Shown: positions 52,738 to 62,907, numbered from the stretch's first letter. The stretch: DNA of 64,000 nucleotides from Pelagibacteraceae bacterium AG-422-C23 (GCA_003213695.1 QCMO01000002.1:5287-69286), one strand, 5' to 3'. A program made the numbers and translations. The notes: generated by a model from the sequence alone, not told the origin.

Positions 52738-54063
52738 ATGCCAAAAAACTTATTCAAAATTGCTAAAGAAAAAAAGATAAAATACTTCTTAATTAGTTTT
52801 GTAGACCTGTTTGGAGTATTAAGATCAAAGTTAGTCCCTACGCGAGCTATAAAAGAGATGCAGGAAGCAGGAGCTGGATTTGCAGGTTTTGCGGCATGGC
52901 TTGATATGTCTCCAGCTGACTCTGATATGTTTGGAATTCCAGATCCTGATAGTCTTATTCAATTACCATGGAATAAAGAAGTGGGCTGGTTAGCATCAGA
53001 TCTTTGGATGAACGGAAAACCAGTGGAGGCATCTCCAAGAGTAATGCTTAAAAACCAAATTAAAAAACTTGAAAAAAAAAGTCTTACAATGAAGTCTGGA
53101 GTAGAATGTGAATATTTTCTTATTTCACCAGATGGTAACTCAATAGCAGACTCAAGAGACACACAATCAAAACCTTGTTATGATCAATCAGCTTTAATGA
53201 GAAGATATGATTTAATCAAAGAAATTTGTGACTGTATGATTGAAATGGGATGGGGTCCTTATCAAAATGATCATGAAGATGCTAATGGTCAATTTGAAAT
53301 GAATTGGGACTATGATGATTGTTTGGTAACAGCTGATAGACATACTTTTTTTAAATTTATGGTGAAAACTATTGCAGAAAAGCATGGTTTAAGAGCTACA
53401 TTTATGCCAAAACCATTTGAAAATTTAACAGGAAACGGATGTCACGCACATATTTCTGTTTGGGATGGAAATAAAAATAAGTTTTTAGATAAATCAAATA
53501 ACTTTGGATTGAGTAAAATGGCTTATAATTTTCTTGGTGGGGTAATTAAAAATGCATCATCTTTATCTGCTTTTTTTAATCCTACAATCAATAGTTATCG
53601 AAGAATAAACGCACCACCAACAAAATCTGGAGCATCATGGTCACCAAGTAGTATTTCTTATACGGGTAACAATAGAACTCATATGATTAGAATTCCTGAT
53701 CCAGGTAGATTTGAACTAAGATTAATGGATGGCTCAGCTAATCCTTATTTGTTGCAAGCGAGTGTTTTAGCTGCAGGTTTAGATGGATTAAAAAATAAAA
53801 TAGATCCAGGAAAACCATTAAATTGTAATATGTATGAGGATCATGAAAAATATCCTGACCTTCCAAAACTTCCAGATGAATTAGATCATTCTCTTGAAAA
53901 GCTTAAAAATAATAAAGATATGAATGATGCTTTTGGTAAAGAAGTAATTAACAGCTATATTAAGCTTAGAAATTCAGAACTTAAAGAATTTAAACAAAAA
54001 GAAAGTTTTGATAAAACCAAACCTATTACTAGGTGGGAACGGGATAATACGTTAGACTGTTAG
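52738..54063 (+). CDS. glnT: GlnT-type glutamine synthetase family protein, probable gamma-glutamylmethylamide synthetase (GmaS)
   Basis: KYFLISFVDLFG..RSKLVP, GAGFAGFA, KPCYDQ, YQNDHEDANGQFEMN, NNRTHMIR; mgsABC context. Confidence 0.85.
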   Translation: MPKNLFKIAKEKKIKYFLISFVDLFGVLRSKLVPTRAIKEMQEAGAGFAGFAAWLDMSPADSDMFGIPDPDSLIQLPWNKEVGWLASDLWMNGKPVEASPRVMLKNQIKKLEKKSLTMKSGVECEYFLISPDGNSIADSRDTQSKPCYDQSALMRRYDLIKEICDCMIEMGWGPYQNDHEDANGQFEMNWDYDDCLVTADRHTFFKFMVKTIAEKHGLRATFMPKPFENLTGNGCHAHISVWDGNKNKFLDKSNNFGLSKMAYNFLGGVIKNASSLSAFFNPTINSYRRINAPPTKSGASWSPSSISYTGNNRTHMIRIPDPGRFELRLMDGSANPYLLQASVLAAGLDGLKNKIDPGKPLNCNMYEDHEKYPDLPKLPDELDHSLEKLKNNKDMNDAFGKEVINSYIKLRNSELKEFKQKESFDKTKPITRWERDNTLDC

Positions 54064-54066
54064 AAT

Positions 54067-55194
54067 ATGACAATTTTATCTAACGGCCATTTGTGGAGAC
54101 ACAGTGAGTTTATTGAAAATAAAAATTTTTCATTTAATAAAAACAAAATTTTAAGCTCATTATCTAAAAAAGATATTGATGATGCTTACTTAAGTATTTC
54201 TAATTGGGAAGGATATTCTCCAACACCATTAATTGAATTGAATAAACTTTCAAAAGAACTAAACTTAAATAAAATTTTTTACAAAGATGAGAGTAAAAGA
54301 TTTGATCTTAAATCCTTTAAAGCTCTTGGTGGGGCTTATGCAGTAGAAAAGGTTTCTAACGGAAATAAAGATATTGTAGTTGCTACAGCAACAGCAGGTA
54401 ATCATGGTAGATCTGTTGCTTGGGGTGCAAGAAGACTTGGATTAAAATGTAAAATTTTTATTAGTGAATTTGTTAGTGATGCAAGAGGGCAAGCAATGGC
54501 TGATCTTGGTGCTGATGTTATAAAAGTCAAAGGAAATTATGAAAAATCATTAATTGAGTGCATTAAACAATCAACAGATAATAACTGGCAAATAGTTCAA
54601 GATGTTGCCTGGAAAGATTACATGATTGTTCCAAAATATACCATGGCAGGTTATTCAGTTATGATGAAAGAAATTGTTGATCAGATTAGCGAAGATAAAA
54701 TTACTCATATAATTTTACAAGCAGGTGTAGGTGGCATGGCAGGAGCAATGGTAGCAGGTATAGCAAGATATCTTAATAATGTCCCAACTACTATAACTGT
54801 AGAGCCAGATAGTGCGGCATGTGTTTTAGAGAGTATTAGGACAGGTAAAATAGAAAAAATTGATATTAAAAGAGAAAGCTTAATGGGTGGAATGTCATGT
54901 GGGGAAGTATCATTAGTCCCATGGGAAATATTAAAAAACTCAGTTAAATATTGCATTAGTTTACCGGATGATGATATTGCAAAAACTATGAAACTACTTG
55001 GAAATGCAAGTTTTAGTAATGAAAAAATTATTGCTGGTGAAAACTCAGCTCCTGGAGTAATAAGCTTAATCGCTAGTTGTGAGGACGAAAAAATAAAAGA
55101 AAAAATCAAATTATATAAAGAGTCAAATATATTAATAATTGGTTGTGAAGGAGATACAGACCAAACAATGTATCAAAAACTTATAAATCAATAA
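54067..55194 (+). CDS. Diaminopropionate ammonia-lyase-like PLP enzyme
   Basis: Y.PTPL, KDES.RF.LKSFKALGGAYA, TAGNHG, QD.AW..Y, QAGVGG, CEGDTD. Confidence 0.82.
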   Translation: MTILSNGHLWRHSEFIENKNFSFNKNKILSSLSKKDIDDAYLSISNWEGYSPTPLIELNKLSKELNLNKIFYKDESKRFDLKSFKALGGAYAVEKVSNGNKDIVVATATAGNHGRSVAWGARRLGLKCKIFISEFVSDARGQAMADLGADVIKVKGNYEKSLIECIKQSTDNNWQIVQDVAWKDYMIVPKYTMAGYSVMMKEIVDQISEDKITHIILQAGVGGMAGAMVAGIARYLNNVPTTITVEPDSAACVLESIRTGKIEKIDIKRESLMGGMSCGEVSLVPWEILKNSVKYCISLPDDDIAKTMKLLGNASFSNEKIIAGENSAPGVISLIASCEDEKIKEKIKLYKESNILIIGCEGDTDQTMYQKLINQ

Positions 55195-55204
55195 AAATTC
55201 TTTT

Positions 55205-55666
55205 ATGAAAAAAATTTTAAAAAAAAAAGTTGATAATTTAGATTTTTATGAAATTTTTAAGCCAGAATTAACTCCAAAAAAAATGATGGAATTAGGTGTT
55301 TTCGGAGGAGCATATTTTGGATTGGATGTAAAAGAGTACCCAAAAGTATGGTTTAAAAATGTAAAATTAAGTAAAACCTTTGATGTTAACTTAAATAGGT
55401 TCAAAATTGTATCAGGTCTATCAAGAGAGCATTGGATTGAGAAAGGATGGATTTTTAAAGAGGACCCATTAGGTTGGTTCCAATGGTATTGTAGATTTAC
55501 CAAAGGAAGAAGAATTCCTCACATAGATGAGATTCAAATTAAAAGATGGAAAAACTTTAGAAGACATGTAATAGCAATTGAAAAAAATTGTGAGAAAGGT
55601 GATTTAGGTTGCAGAAAAAGACAAAGACAAGCTATTTTACAATGGGCTTATAATCCTTACAGATAA
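55205..55666 (+). CDS. Conserved hypothetical protein
   Basis: F.P.LTP..M..LGVFGG.YF, DP.GWFQWYCRF, QI.RW, RQA.LQWAY. Confidence 0.8.
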   Translation: MKKILKKKVDNLDFYEIFKPELTPKKMMELGVFGGAYFGLDVKEYPKVWFKNVKLSKTFDVNLNRFKIVSGLSREHWIEKGWIFKEDPLGWFQWYCRFTKGRRIPHIDEIQIKRWKNFRRHVIAIEKNCEKGDLGCRKRQRQAILQWAYNPYR

Positions 55667-55671
55667 GAACT

Positions 55672-56091
55672 TTATTCCCCTAAAAAATGAAATATTATTT
55701 TCCTTGATTGAGAATTCAAGCGATGCTCAAAAAGATATAAACCTTGCCAGGTCCCAAGAATAAGTTTTCCATCTTTAACACTTAGATTTATTTGATTATT
55801 TGTTATAGCTGATTTTATGTGAGCAGGCATGTCATCTTTACCTTCTGTTGTGTGAATATAAAGAGAATTATCCATGGGTGCTAAATTATTAAAGAAATTA
55901 ATTAGGTCAGTTTGAACATCTGGATCCGCATTTTCTTGGACAATTAATGATGCACTAGTATGTTGAATATTTAAATTCAACATACCATTTTTAAGATTAT
56001 TTTTTTTTATCCAATTAATTGTTTCTTTAGTAAATTCATAAAGTTTTTGTCCATTGGTGTTAATTATTAAATCAAAAAATTTTTGTTTCAT
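55672..56091 (-). CDS. yjbQ: YjbQ/UPF0047 protein
   Basis: HTSASL..QENADPDV, EG.DDMPAHIK, LGTWQG.YL.EHR. Confidence 0.9.
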   Translation of the reverse strand: MKQKFFDLIINTNGQKLYEFTKETINWIKKNNLKNGMLNLNIQHTSASLIVQENADPDVQTDLINFFNNLAPMDNSLYIHTTEGKDDMPAHIKSAITNNQINLSVKDGKLILGTWQGLYLFEHRLNSQSRKIIFHFLGE

Positions 56092-56094
56092 AAT

Positions 56095-57141
56095 CTATTT
56101 AAAATTCATTGAGGTTAATTCATATAAACGACTTATTGTTCTTTTAAATGGATCTTTAATACTTTTTGCAGAATTAATTTTAATCAAATTAATATTAGAT
56201 GTAATCATTAAAGGTATCTTTTTTTCATAAACAATATCAATAAAAGTTATAAATCTTTGTTGTTGATTTGAATTATCTTCACTAAAATTTGGTAAATTTT
56301 CAATAAAAATAAAATCACAATTATGCGCAATATTAATATAATCTTCGGAACCTAAATTTTTATTACATAATTCATCAAAATTAAATTTAGCAACTCTATC
56401 ATAGAAATTTTGTATTTCTAACTTGCGTCCTTTGATCTCTAAAACTTTTTTCATTTTTTTTTTGTTTTTAGTAATTTTTCTAAAAAACTTATTAAATTTA
56501 AAATTTGTTGATTGATCTATCGGAGACAAAAATCTTTCTAAATCTTTATTTTTGCTTGACCGATAATCTTCGTCAATTGATAACTCTTTCTCAAAAGTAT
56601 TATTTTCTAATTCTTTAATAAATGGAATAAACTGATCTCTTTGTAATCCATCCTTATAAAGATCTTTTATCTTAATATTTGATGAAAAAATAACTTTAAT
56701 TTTTTCTTCAAATATCTTTTTAAATAATTTGCCTAAAATCATTGCATCTACAATGTTTGTAACTTGAAATTCATCAAAATAAACTAATTGGGCTTTTTTT
56801 TTCAAATCTTTTACAAATAAATCTATTCTACTTTCATTTTTTTTATTTTTGAAAATGAAATTGTGAAATTCAATCATAAATTCATTAAAATGTAATCTCA
56901 ATTTCTTTCCATTAAACTCCTCAAAGAAAAAATTTAAAATCATTGTTTTGCCTACACCTACATCACCTTCGAGATAAAAACCTAACTTATGATTTTTTTT
57001 TTTAAAGATTTTATTTAAAAAAGTTTGTTTAAAATTTTCTAAATAAAAGCTATTAAGATCATTAATTATATCAAGTTGATTTTGATTAATTTCAAATTGT
57101 TTTTCTTTGCAGTATGTTAAAAATGATTTTTTTAAATTCAT
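56095..57141 (-). CDS. zapE: AFG1/ZapE ATPase
   Basis: GDVGVGKT, HFNEFM, FDEFQVT.I.DAM, LYKDGLQR, F.RT.SRL. Confidence 0.9.
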   Translation of the reverse strand: MNLKKSFLTYCKEKQFEINQNQLDIINDLNSFYLENFKQTFLNKIFKKKNHKLGFYLEGDVGVGKTMILNFFFEEFNGKKLRLHFNEFMIEFHNFIFKNKKNESRIDLFVKDLKKKAQLVYFDEFQVTNIVDAMILGKLFKKIFEEKIKVIFSSNIKIKDLYKDGLQRDQFIPFIKELENNTFEKELSIDEDYRSSKNKDLERFLSPIDQSTNFKFNKFFRKITKNKKKMKKVLEIKGRKLEIQNFYDRVAKFNFDELCNKNLGSEDYINIAHNCDFIFIENLPNFSEDNSNQQQRFITFIDIVYEKKIPLMITSNINLIKINSAKSIKDPFKRTISRLYELTSMNFK

Positions 57142-57569
57142 TTTTGTTTGTTGAAATCTATACCATATTCAGATCTTGGCCCTTTTCTTAATCCAAATGG
57201 TCCTGGAATAAAAATAGTCATTGGTTTAGTTCCCTTTTTTAAATCAACTCTATGATAATTATTTGCAGATCTTAATCCTACATACCCAGGCTTTCTCCAA
57301 AATTTACCTTTATTTGTTGTTTCCCAATAACCTCCCCTAATAATTATTGTTATATAAGGACACAAATGATTATGAACTCCATCACCATGATCATCTGCAA
57401 GCATTTCATGAACTAATATGTTAAACGGAAACCATCTGGGTCTATTTCTAAATAATACATAATATCTATTCATCCAAGGCTTAGCTAAATCATATCGTGG
57501 ATGCGAGGGACCTCTATCTAAAACAACTTTTTTTCGCCCTATTTTTTCTAAAAACTTTAAAAACATCAA
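57138..57569 (-). CDS. Cupin-like hypothetical protein
   Basis: RYY, N..VH....D.....HNH, I..GGYWE, HRV. Confidence 0.72.
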   Translation of the reverse strand: MMFLKFLEKIGRKKVVLDRGPSHPRYDLAKPWMNRYYVLFRNRPRWFPFNILVHEMLADDHGDGVHNHLCPYITIIIRGGYWETTNKGKFWRKPGYVGLRSANNYHRVDLKKGTKPMTIFIPGPFGLRKGPRSEYGIDFNKQK

Positions 57570-58870
57570 TTCAATTTTATTATCGCATTATCTTTTATTA
57601 AAAATAAATTCGCATCTTGTACAAAAGGTTTGGAAATCTTCTCACTATCTATTTTTAAAACAGAAATTATTTCGCCAGAAGAAATATCTATAACTAACAA
57701 TCTTCCATTAGATGTAGATAAATATATTTTGTTTAATCCAACTATAAAACCAGTGGGCTTAATATAAGGTCTTTTATTTTTTTTAAAACCTTTAAACACA
57801 TCTGTAACTCTCACAATGTTACCTGAATTTTTTTCTGTTATAATCAGATAGCCTTCAAGCGAAATAGACACCAAATAATTATCAACTAGAATTGATTTCA
57901 AGTTAGAATTAATCTTATTTATCCAATTTATCGTACCTGTCTTTATATCAATAGAAAATAACTCATTTCTATTGTTTGAAAAAAATAGTTTTTTTTTATT
58001 TGAGATTAATTCTGAAGCCTCAAGTGAAAATGAGGACTCATAAATTAAATTACTTTGTGTTGGTAACTGCCATAAAAGTTCTCCCTTATTTATTTCAACT
58101 GCTGTTATGTCGCCTAAAGAATTATTAAAATAAAGTTTTCCGTCAACAATAATCATCGAAAGTTTTTTTTGTGATCTGATTAAAGATTTTTCAGTGGGTA
58201 TATTCCATAATTCCTTCCCATTTTTTAAAGAAAAACACCTCAATGTGTTTGTGAAATCAATTATAAAGAATTTATCTTTATAAATCTTAATTTGTGAATT
58301 AAACGGAGCTAAATTAGTTTTTGACCAAATTAAATTTCCAGTTTCAATATCAACCATATAATATTTTGTGATGTTATCAGCAACAATTAGATATTTTCCA
58401 TTATTAATAAGCTGTAGAATAGGATTTAGTTTTTTTTCGGATTTAGAATAATAATTTTTTTTCCAAATAAGTTTAGACTCACTATCAAATTTTAATAGCG
58501 ACCCTTTATTGTCAAAAAATATCAGATTGTTTTGGTGAAATGAAATATCTGGTTGGTATTGAATAAAATCATCTATTTTTGAAAATTTATATCGTGAAGA
58601 ATTTTCTAAATTACTATTAAAATTAATCCTAAAACTATTATTCAATAAATCATTATTAATCCATTTAACGGCTGTTTTATTATCTAATTTTATTTTAAGA
58701 TTAGAATTGAATTCTTCCTTCAAAGTTTTCTCTGCAGGAAAAAGTTCTTCGTATATGCTATCATTTTCACTATCGATATTTTTGGTATTTGTCCAAAATT
58801 TAGAATTTTTATTAAGAGAGCAGGCAGAAAATAAAAATAAAATTATAAAAAAGTATAATAATTTACTCAC
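57566..58870 (-). CDS. PQQ-like beta-propeller lipoprotein (BamB-like)
   Basis: Lipobox FSAC; repeated D..TG..IW / G..LW blades. Confidence 0.8.
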   Translation of the reverse strand: MSKLLYFFIILFLFSACSLNKNSKFWTNTKNIDSENDSIYEELFPAEKTLKEEFNSNLKIKLDNKTAVKWINNDLLNNSFRINFNSNLENSSRYKFSKIDDFIQYQPDISFHQNNLIFFDNKGSLLKFDSESKLIWKKNYYSKSEKKLNPILQLINNGKYLIVADNITKYYMVDIETGNLIWSKTNLAPFNSQIKIYKDKFFIIDFTNTLRCFSLKNGKELWNIPTEKSLIRSQKKLSMIIVDGKLYFNNSLGDITAVEINKGELLWQLPTQSNLIYESSFSLEASELISNKKKLFFSNNRNELFSIDIKTGTINWINKINSNLKSILVDNYLVSISLEGYLIITEKNSGNIVRVTDVFKGFKKNKRPYIKPTGFIVGLNKIYLSTSNGRLLVIDISSGEIISVLKIDSEKISKPFVQDANLFLIKDNAIIKLN

Positions 58871-59508
58871 TAAAATCTCTATTAAGTCTTTTTTGGGATT
58901 TTTTTAAAATATCTTGATTAGGATTTTCAATGTTAAATATTTGTTCAAAAAATTCCTTTGATTTTTTTTTCTCATTTTTATAATAAAAATACTCAGCAAC
59001 TAAATATAGAGCATGAGATTTCCAAATACTGTCCGAATTAATAATTGGGCTAAGTATGTCGAGCAAATTACTTTCATCTACTATGTCCGCATTATAAAGA
59101 GCTTTTTTTATAAATTATGAGATTTTTAATCTCTGTTTCTAAAGATGTTTTGTTTATTAAGACATCAAACAGCTCATTTACCTCTTTTTTGTTTTTAACT
59201 AAATCATTATCAATTAAAAAGTAGAGTGCTAATGGTGAATAAGTGCTATCTTTATCTAATACTATCTCTCTCATTGATGAAATAGTTTTATCTTTTTTCA
59301 CTTTCTCGTATTCAATAATGGCAACATTATATTTATCAGAAATTATTTTTCTTTGTCCGTCCGCATATATTTGAAAGGAATAAAAACCTAAGACAATTAA
59401 TATCAAGCATAAAATACTTAAAATAAGGATTTTTTTATTTTGAATAAAAAATTCTTTTATTTTTTCATTTCGAGTTTTTTCATTAATAATTGTAATTTCT
59501 TCATCCAT
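58863..59508 (-). pseudogene. YfgM/DUF2659-like TPR membrane protein split by a +1 frameshift
   Basis: Removing one base from the T7 run at 59103-59109 joins the two ORFs into one 214-aa frame (IYKKALYNADIVDESNLLDILSP); lies upstream of the bamB-like gene. Confidence 0.75.
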
Positions 59509-59510
59509 AA

Positions 59511-61850
59511 TTAGATCATATTTCTTAGAACATATTGGAGTATCCCTCCATTTTTGTAATACTCTAATTCATTTTTAGTATCTATCCTACACAATGTTTT
59601 TATCTTTTTTATTGCTCCAGATGCATACTTTATTTCTAGAGTAACTTTATCAGATGGATTAATACCTTTTTCAATCTCATTAATACTTATCAACTCTGAA
59701 CCAATTAAATTAAGATTTTTTCTGTTTATATTGTCAATGAATTGTAACGGTAAAATTCCCATCCCAATCAAATTTGATCTATGTATTCGTTCAAAGCTTT
59801 CTGCTATCACAGCTTTAACACCAAGTAATTTTGTGCCCTTTGCTGCCCAATCTCGTGATGATCCTGTTCCATATTCTTTTCCTCCTATAACAACCAAGTC
59901 TGTTCCTCTTTTTTTATACTCTACAACAGCTTCATAAATTGGCACAAATTTTTCCTCAGGATATAGTTTGGTAAACCCTCCCTCTGTACCAGGTGCCATT
60001 TCATTTCTAATTCTTATATTTGCAAATGTACCTCTCATCATTACTTCGTGATTACCTCTTCTAGAGCCATAAGAATTGTAATCTTTAGGCAAAATTTGAT
60101 GTTTCATAAAATACTCACCTGTAGGACTTTCTTTTTGAATATTGCCTGCAGGAGAAATATGATCGGTTGTAACCATATCACCTAAAATCAATAATGGTCT
60201 TGCGTCTTTAATTTCTTTAAATCCCTCTGGTTCATCTGGAAGGTTATCAAAAAATGGAGGTTTTTTTACATAAGTCGAATTATCTTCCCAATTATAGATA
60301 CTACTTTTTTCTGTTTTAATTTGTTGCCACTGTTTTGGACCTTCCGAAACATTAGAATATCTTTTAATAAACATTTCTGCACTTAAAGATAATTTTAATG
60401 TCTCCTCAATTTCTTTATTAGATGGCCAGATATCTTTCATAAAAATATCCTTACCATTTTTATCTTTGCCTAAAGGGTCTTTATATAAGTCAAAATTCAT
60501 ATGACCGGCCAAAGCGTATGCTACAACTAATGGAGGTGATGCCAAATAGTTTGCTTTAATATGAGGTGAAATTCTTCCCTCAAAATTTCTATTGCCAGAC
60601 AAAACCGAAACTGCATAAATATTCTTATCTTTAATTGCTTTCACTATATTTTCATCTAAAGGCCCAGAATTACCAATACATGTTGTGCAACCATAACCTA
60701 CAAGATTAAAACCTAATTTATCTAAATATATATTTAATCCTGCTTTTTCTAAATAATCAGTTACTACTTGAGAACCAGGAGCAAGTGAAGTTTTAACCCA
60801 AGGTTTAACTTCGAGTCCTAAACCCACAGCTTTTTTTGCAAGCAAACCTGCTCCAATAAGAACATTTGGATTAGATGTGTTTGTACAAGAAGTTATTGCT
60901 GCAATTAAAATTGAACCATCTGTAATTTCAAAATTTAAATTTGGTACTTTAGAAACAGAAAACTCGTTCTTTTTAGTAATTTCCTTGAAGCTTTTGTTAA
61001 AACTTTCTGCTGCATCTGTTAACAAAACTTTGTCTTGAGGTCTTTTAGGTCCAGAGATTGTTGGAACTATGGTAGACATATCTAATGTTAAAGTGTCAGT
61101 AAACTCAATTTCATTACTAGCCCATAAACCTTGTGCTTTTGCATAAGTCTCTACTATTTGAACTGTGTTTGTATCTCTTCCTGAAAATTTAAGATATTTT
61201 AAAGTTTCATCATCTATAGGAAAAAAACCACATGTTGCACCATATTCAGGGGCCATGTTCGCAATTGTAGCTCTATCAGCTAGGGTTAAATTTTTTAATC
61301 CTTCTCCATAAAATTCTACAAATTTTCCTACAACACCTTTATCTCTCAACATCTTAACAACTGTTAAAACTAAATCAGTAGCTGTTGTACCCTCAGGCAT
61401 TTTGTTTTTTACCTCAAAGCCTACTACTTCTGGAATTAACATTGATATTGGTTGTCCCAACATACCAGCCTCAGCCTCAATTCCTCCAACACCCCATCCT
61501 AAAACTGATAAACCGTTAACCATTGTTGTATGACTATCTGTACCTACAAGCGTGTCTGGAAATAAATAATTGTCATCTTTATATTTCTCTGACCAAACTA
61601 CTTTAGAAAGATATTCTAAATTCACTTGATGACATATACCTGTGCCAGGAGGAACAATCCTAAAATTATTAAATGCCTGTTGTCCCCATTTTAAAAAGGA
61701 ATATCTTTCACCATTTCTATCAAACTCAATTTCAACATTATTATCAAAAGAATCTGATTTTGCTGATTGATCCACTTGAACAGAATGGTCAATCACGAGG
61801 TCAACTGCAGAGAGTGGATTAATAGTATTTGGATCTTTATTTTTCTCTTT
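59511..61850 (-). CDS. acnA: Aconitate hydratase A lacking its N-terminus (fused in frame to a cyclophilin fragment)
   Basis: DLVIDHSVQVD, GTDSHT, AAITSCTNTSNP, GYGCTTCIGNSG, TTDHISPAG, GSSRDWAAKG. Confidence 0.9.
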   Translation of the reverse strand, partial: KEKNKDPNTINPLSAVDLVIDHSVQVDQSAKSDSFDNNVEIEFDRNGERYSFLKWGQQAFNNFRIVPPGTGICHQVNLEYLSKVVWSEKYKDDNYLFPDTLVGTDSHTTMVNGLSVLGWGVGGIEAEAGMLGQPISMLIPEVVGFEVKNKMPEGTTATDLVLTVVKMLRDKGVVGKFVEFYGEGLKNLTLADRATIANMAPEYGATCGFFPIDDETLKYLKFSGRDTNTVQIVETYAKAQGLWASNEIEFTDTLTLDMSTIVPTISGPKRPQDKVLLTDAAESFNKSFKEITKKNEFSVSKVPNLNFEITDGSILIAAITSCTNTSNPNVLIGAGLLAKKAVGLGLEVKPWVKTSLAPGSQVVTDYLEKAGLNIYLDKLGFNLVGYGCTTCIGNSGPLDENIVKAIKDKNIYAVSVLSGNRNFEGRISPHIKANYLASPPLVVAYALAGHMNFDLYKDPLGKDKNGKDIFMKDIWPSNKEIEETLKLSLSAEMFIKRYSNVSEGPKQWQQIKTEKSSIYNWEDNSTYVKKPPFFDNLPDEPEGFKEIKDARPLLILGDMVTTDHISPAGNIQKESPTGEYFMKHQILPKDYNSYGSRRGNHEVMMRGTFANIRIRNEMAPGTEGGFTKLYPEEKFVPIYEAVVEYKKRGTDLVVIGGKEYGTGSSRDWAAKGTKLLGVKAVIAESFERIHRSNLIGMGILPLQFIDNINRKNLNLIGSELISINEIEKGINPSDKVTLEIKYASGAIKKIKTLCRIDTKNELEYYKNGGILQYVLRNMI

Positions 61851-62135
61851 AAAAGCTACATCATCATAAGCTTTAGAGTTAACTAAAGTTATAAATCTCT
61901 CTACTCCATTAGGAGAAATTTCAGGATAAAGCTCAATAATAACATTTCCACAAGGAACATTGAGCACTGCAATATTATTAGGTTTATCAAATTTAATTTT
62001 CTCAGGATCATAATTTTTAACAAACATACATTTATCTTTAATTAAAAAGAAAGAACCAAAAGAAAATAAAGCTAAAATAATTATAAAAATAAAAATTATT
62101 TTTTCAGATTTGGAAGGTTTTATCTTTTGAATCAT
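61851..62135 (-). pseudogene. 5' part of membrane-anchored cyclophilin-type peptidyl-prolyl isomerase
   Basis: TM anchor, then G.VIIELYPEISP..VERF..LV....YD.VAF, breaking off just before the expected HRV. Confidence 0.78.
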
Positions 62136-62854
62136 AAAATGAAATTCTCATCAATCTTCAATAAATTAGTTTTTATAAATTCTATTTTTTTCTCTAAAAT
62201 TGGATCACTAACATTGATATTTAATCCAATCATTAAATGAGAAAAAACTTCCGCCATATCTTCTGAGGCTGTTGATCTAGAATATTCAGTTAAAAATCCA
62301 TCTGTTTTTTTATATGTATCAAGTGCTACTTTATCAGTACAAGTGGAGCATTCAGCATAATTAAAGTTTTTAACATTAAGGTTAGACCATTTTTTTTCAT
62401 CAAATATTTCCTTAAAACGGTCATTGATAATATGAAATACCTCATGATGAATTACTCTTTCAAAATAACGTTCATCAAATTTTACGTCTAAAATTAAAGT
62501 TTTCATAGTATGATCTGGAATTCCAGCAGTGTTAATTTTTGAAATAGATAAATCTTCACAAAGAACAATGTATTTAAGATTTATTTTTTTTAAAAACTTT
62601 TGATTATATCTATTTAGATTTTTTTGAATTATCTTAAATTTTTCATCTAAAACTTTTTTTTCTGAATTAAAGCAATTAATATTATTGTCTATTCCAATTG
62701 TAAAAGGTTGTTTGGCATAAAGATATCTAAGTTTATTAGATTTATTTATTTCATAAATTTCAAGATTTGGAATTTTAATAAGGTTGTAAATTGTATCAGC
62801 TTGTACATGAGTAAAAATAAATAAAGATAATAAAATTAATCTAATTAAGTTCAT
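62132..62854 (-). CDS. Putative secreted zinc metallopeptidase
   Basis: Signal peptide, HEVFH (HExxH), F..EYS....SEDMAEVF. Confidence 0.7.
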   Translation of the reverse strand: MNLIRLILLSLFIFTHVQADTIYNLIKIPNLEIYEINKSNKLRYLYAKQPFTIGIDNNINCFNSEKKVLDEKFKIIQKNLNRYNQKFLKKINLKYIVLCEDLSISKINTAGIPDHTMKTLILDVKFDERYFERVIHHEVFHIINDRFKEIFDEKKWSNLNVKNFNYAECSTCTDKVALDTYKKTDGFLTEYSRSTASEDMAEVFSHLMIGLNINVSDPILEKKIEFIKTNLLKIDENFIL

Positions 62855-62907
62855 AAATTTATATATAGAAGATATTCCAATTATAAAGAATGTGATACAG
62901 TTTTACT

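Noticed and set aside
48907-54063. Ordinary GS/GOGAT ammonium assimilation
   Set aside because: Split GlxB/C/D architecture and GlnT-type motifs fit the N-methylglutamate pathway better
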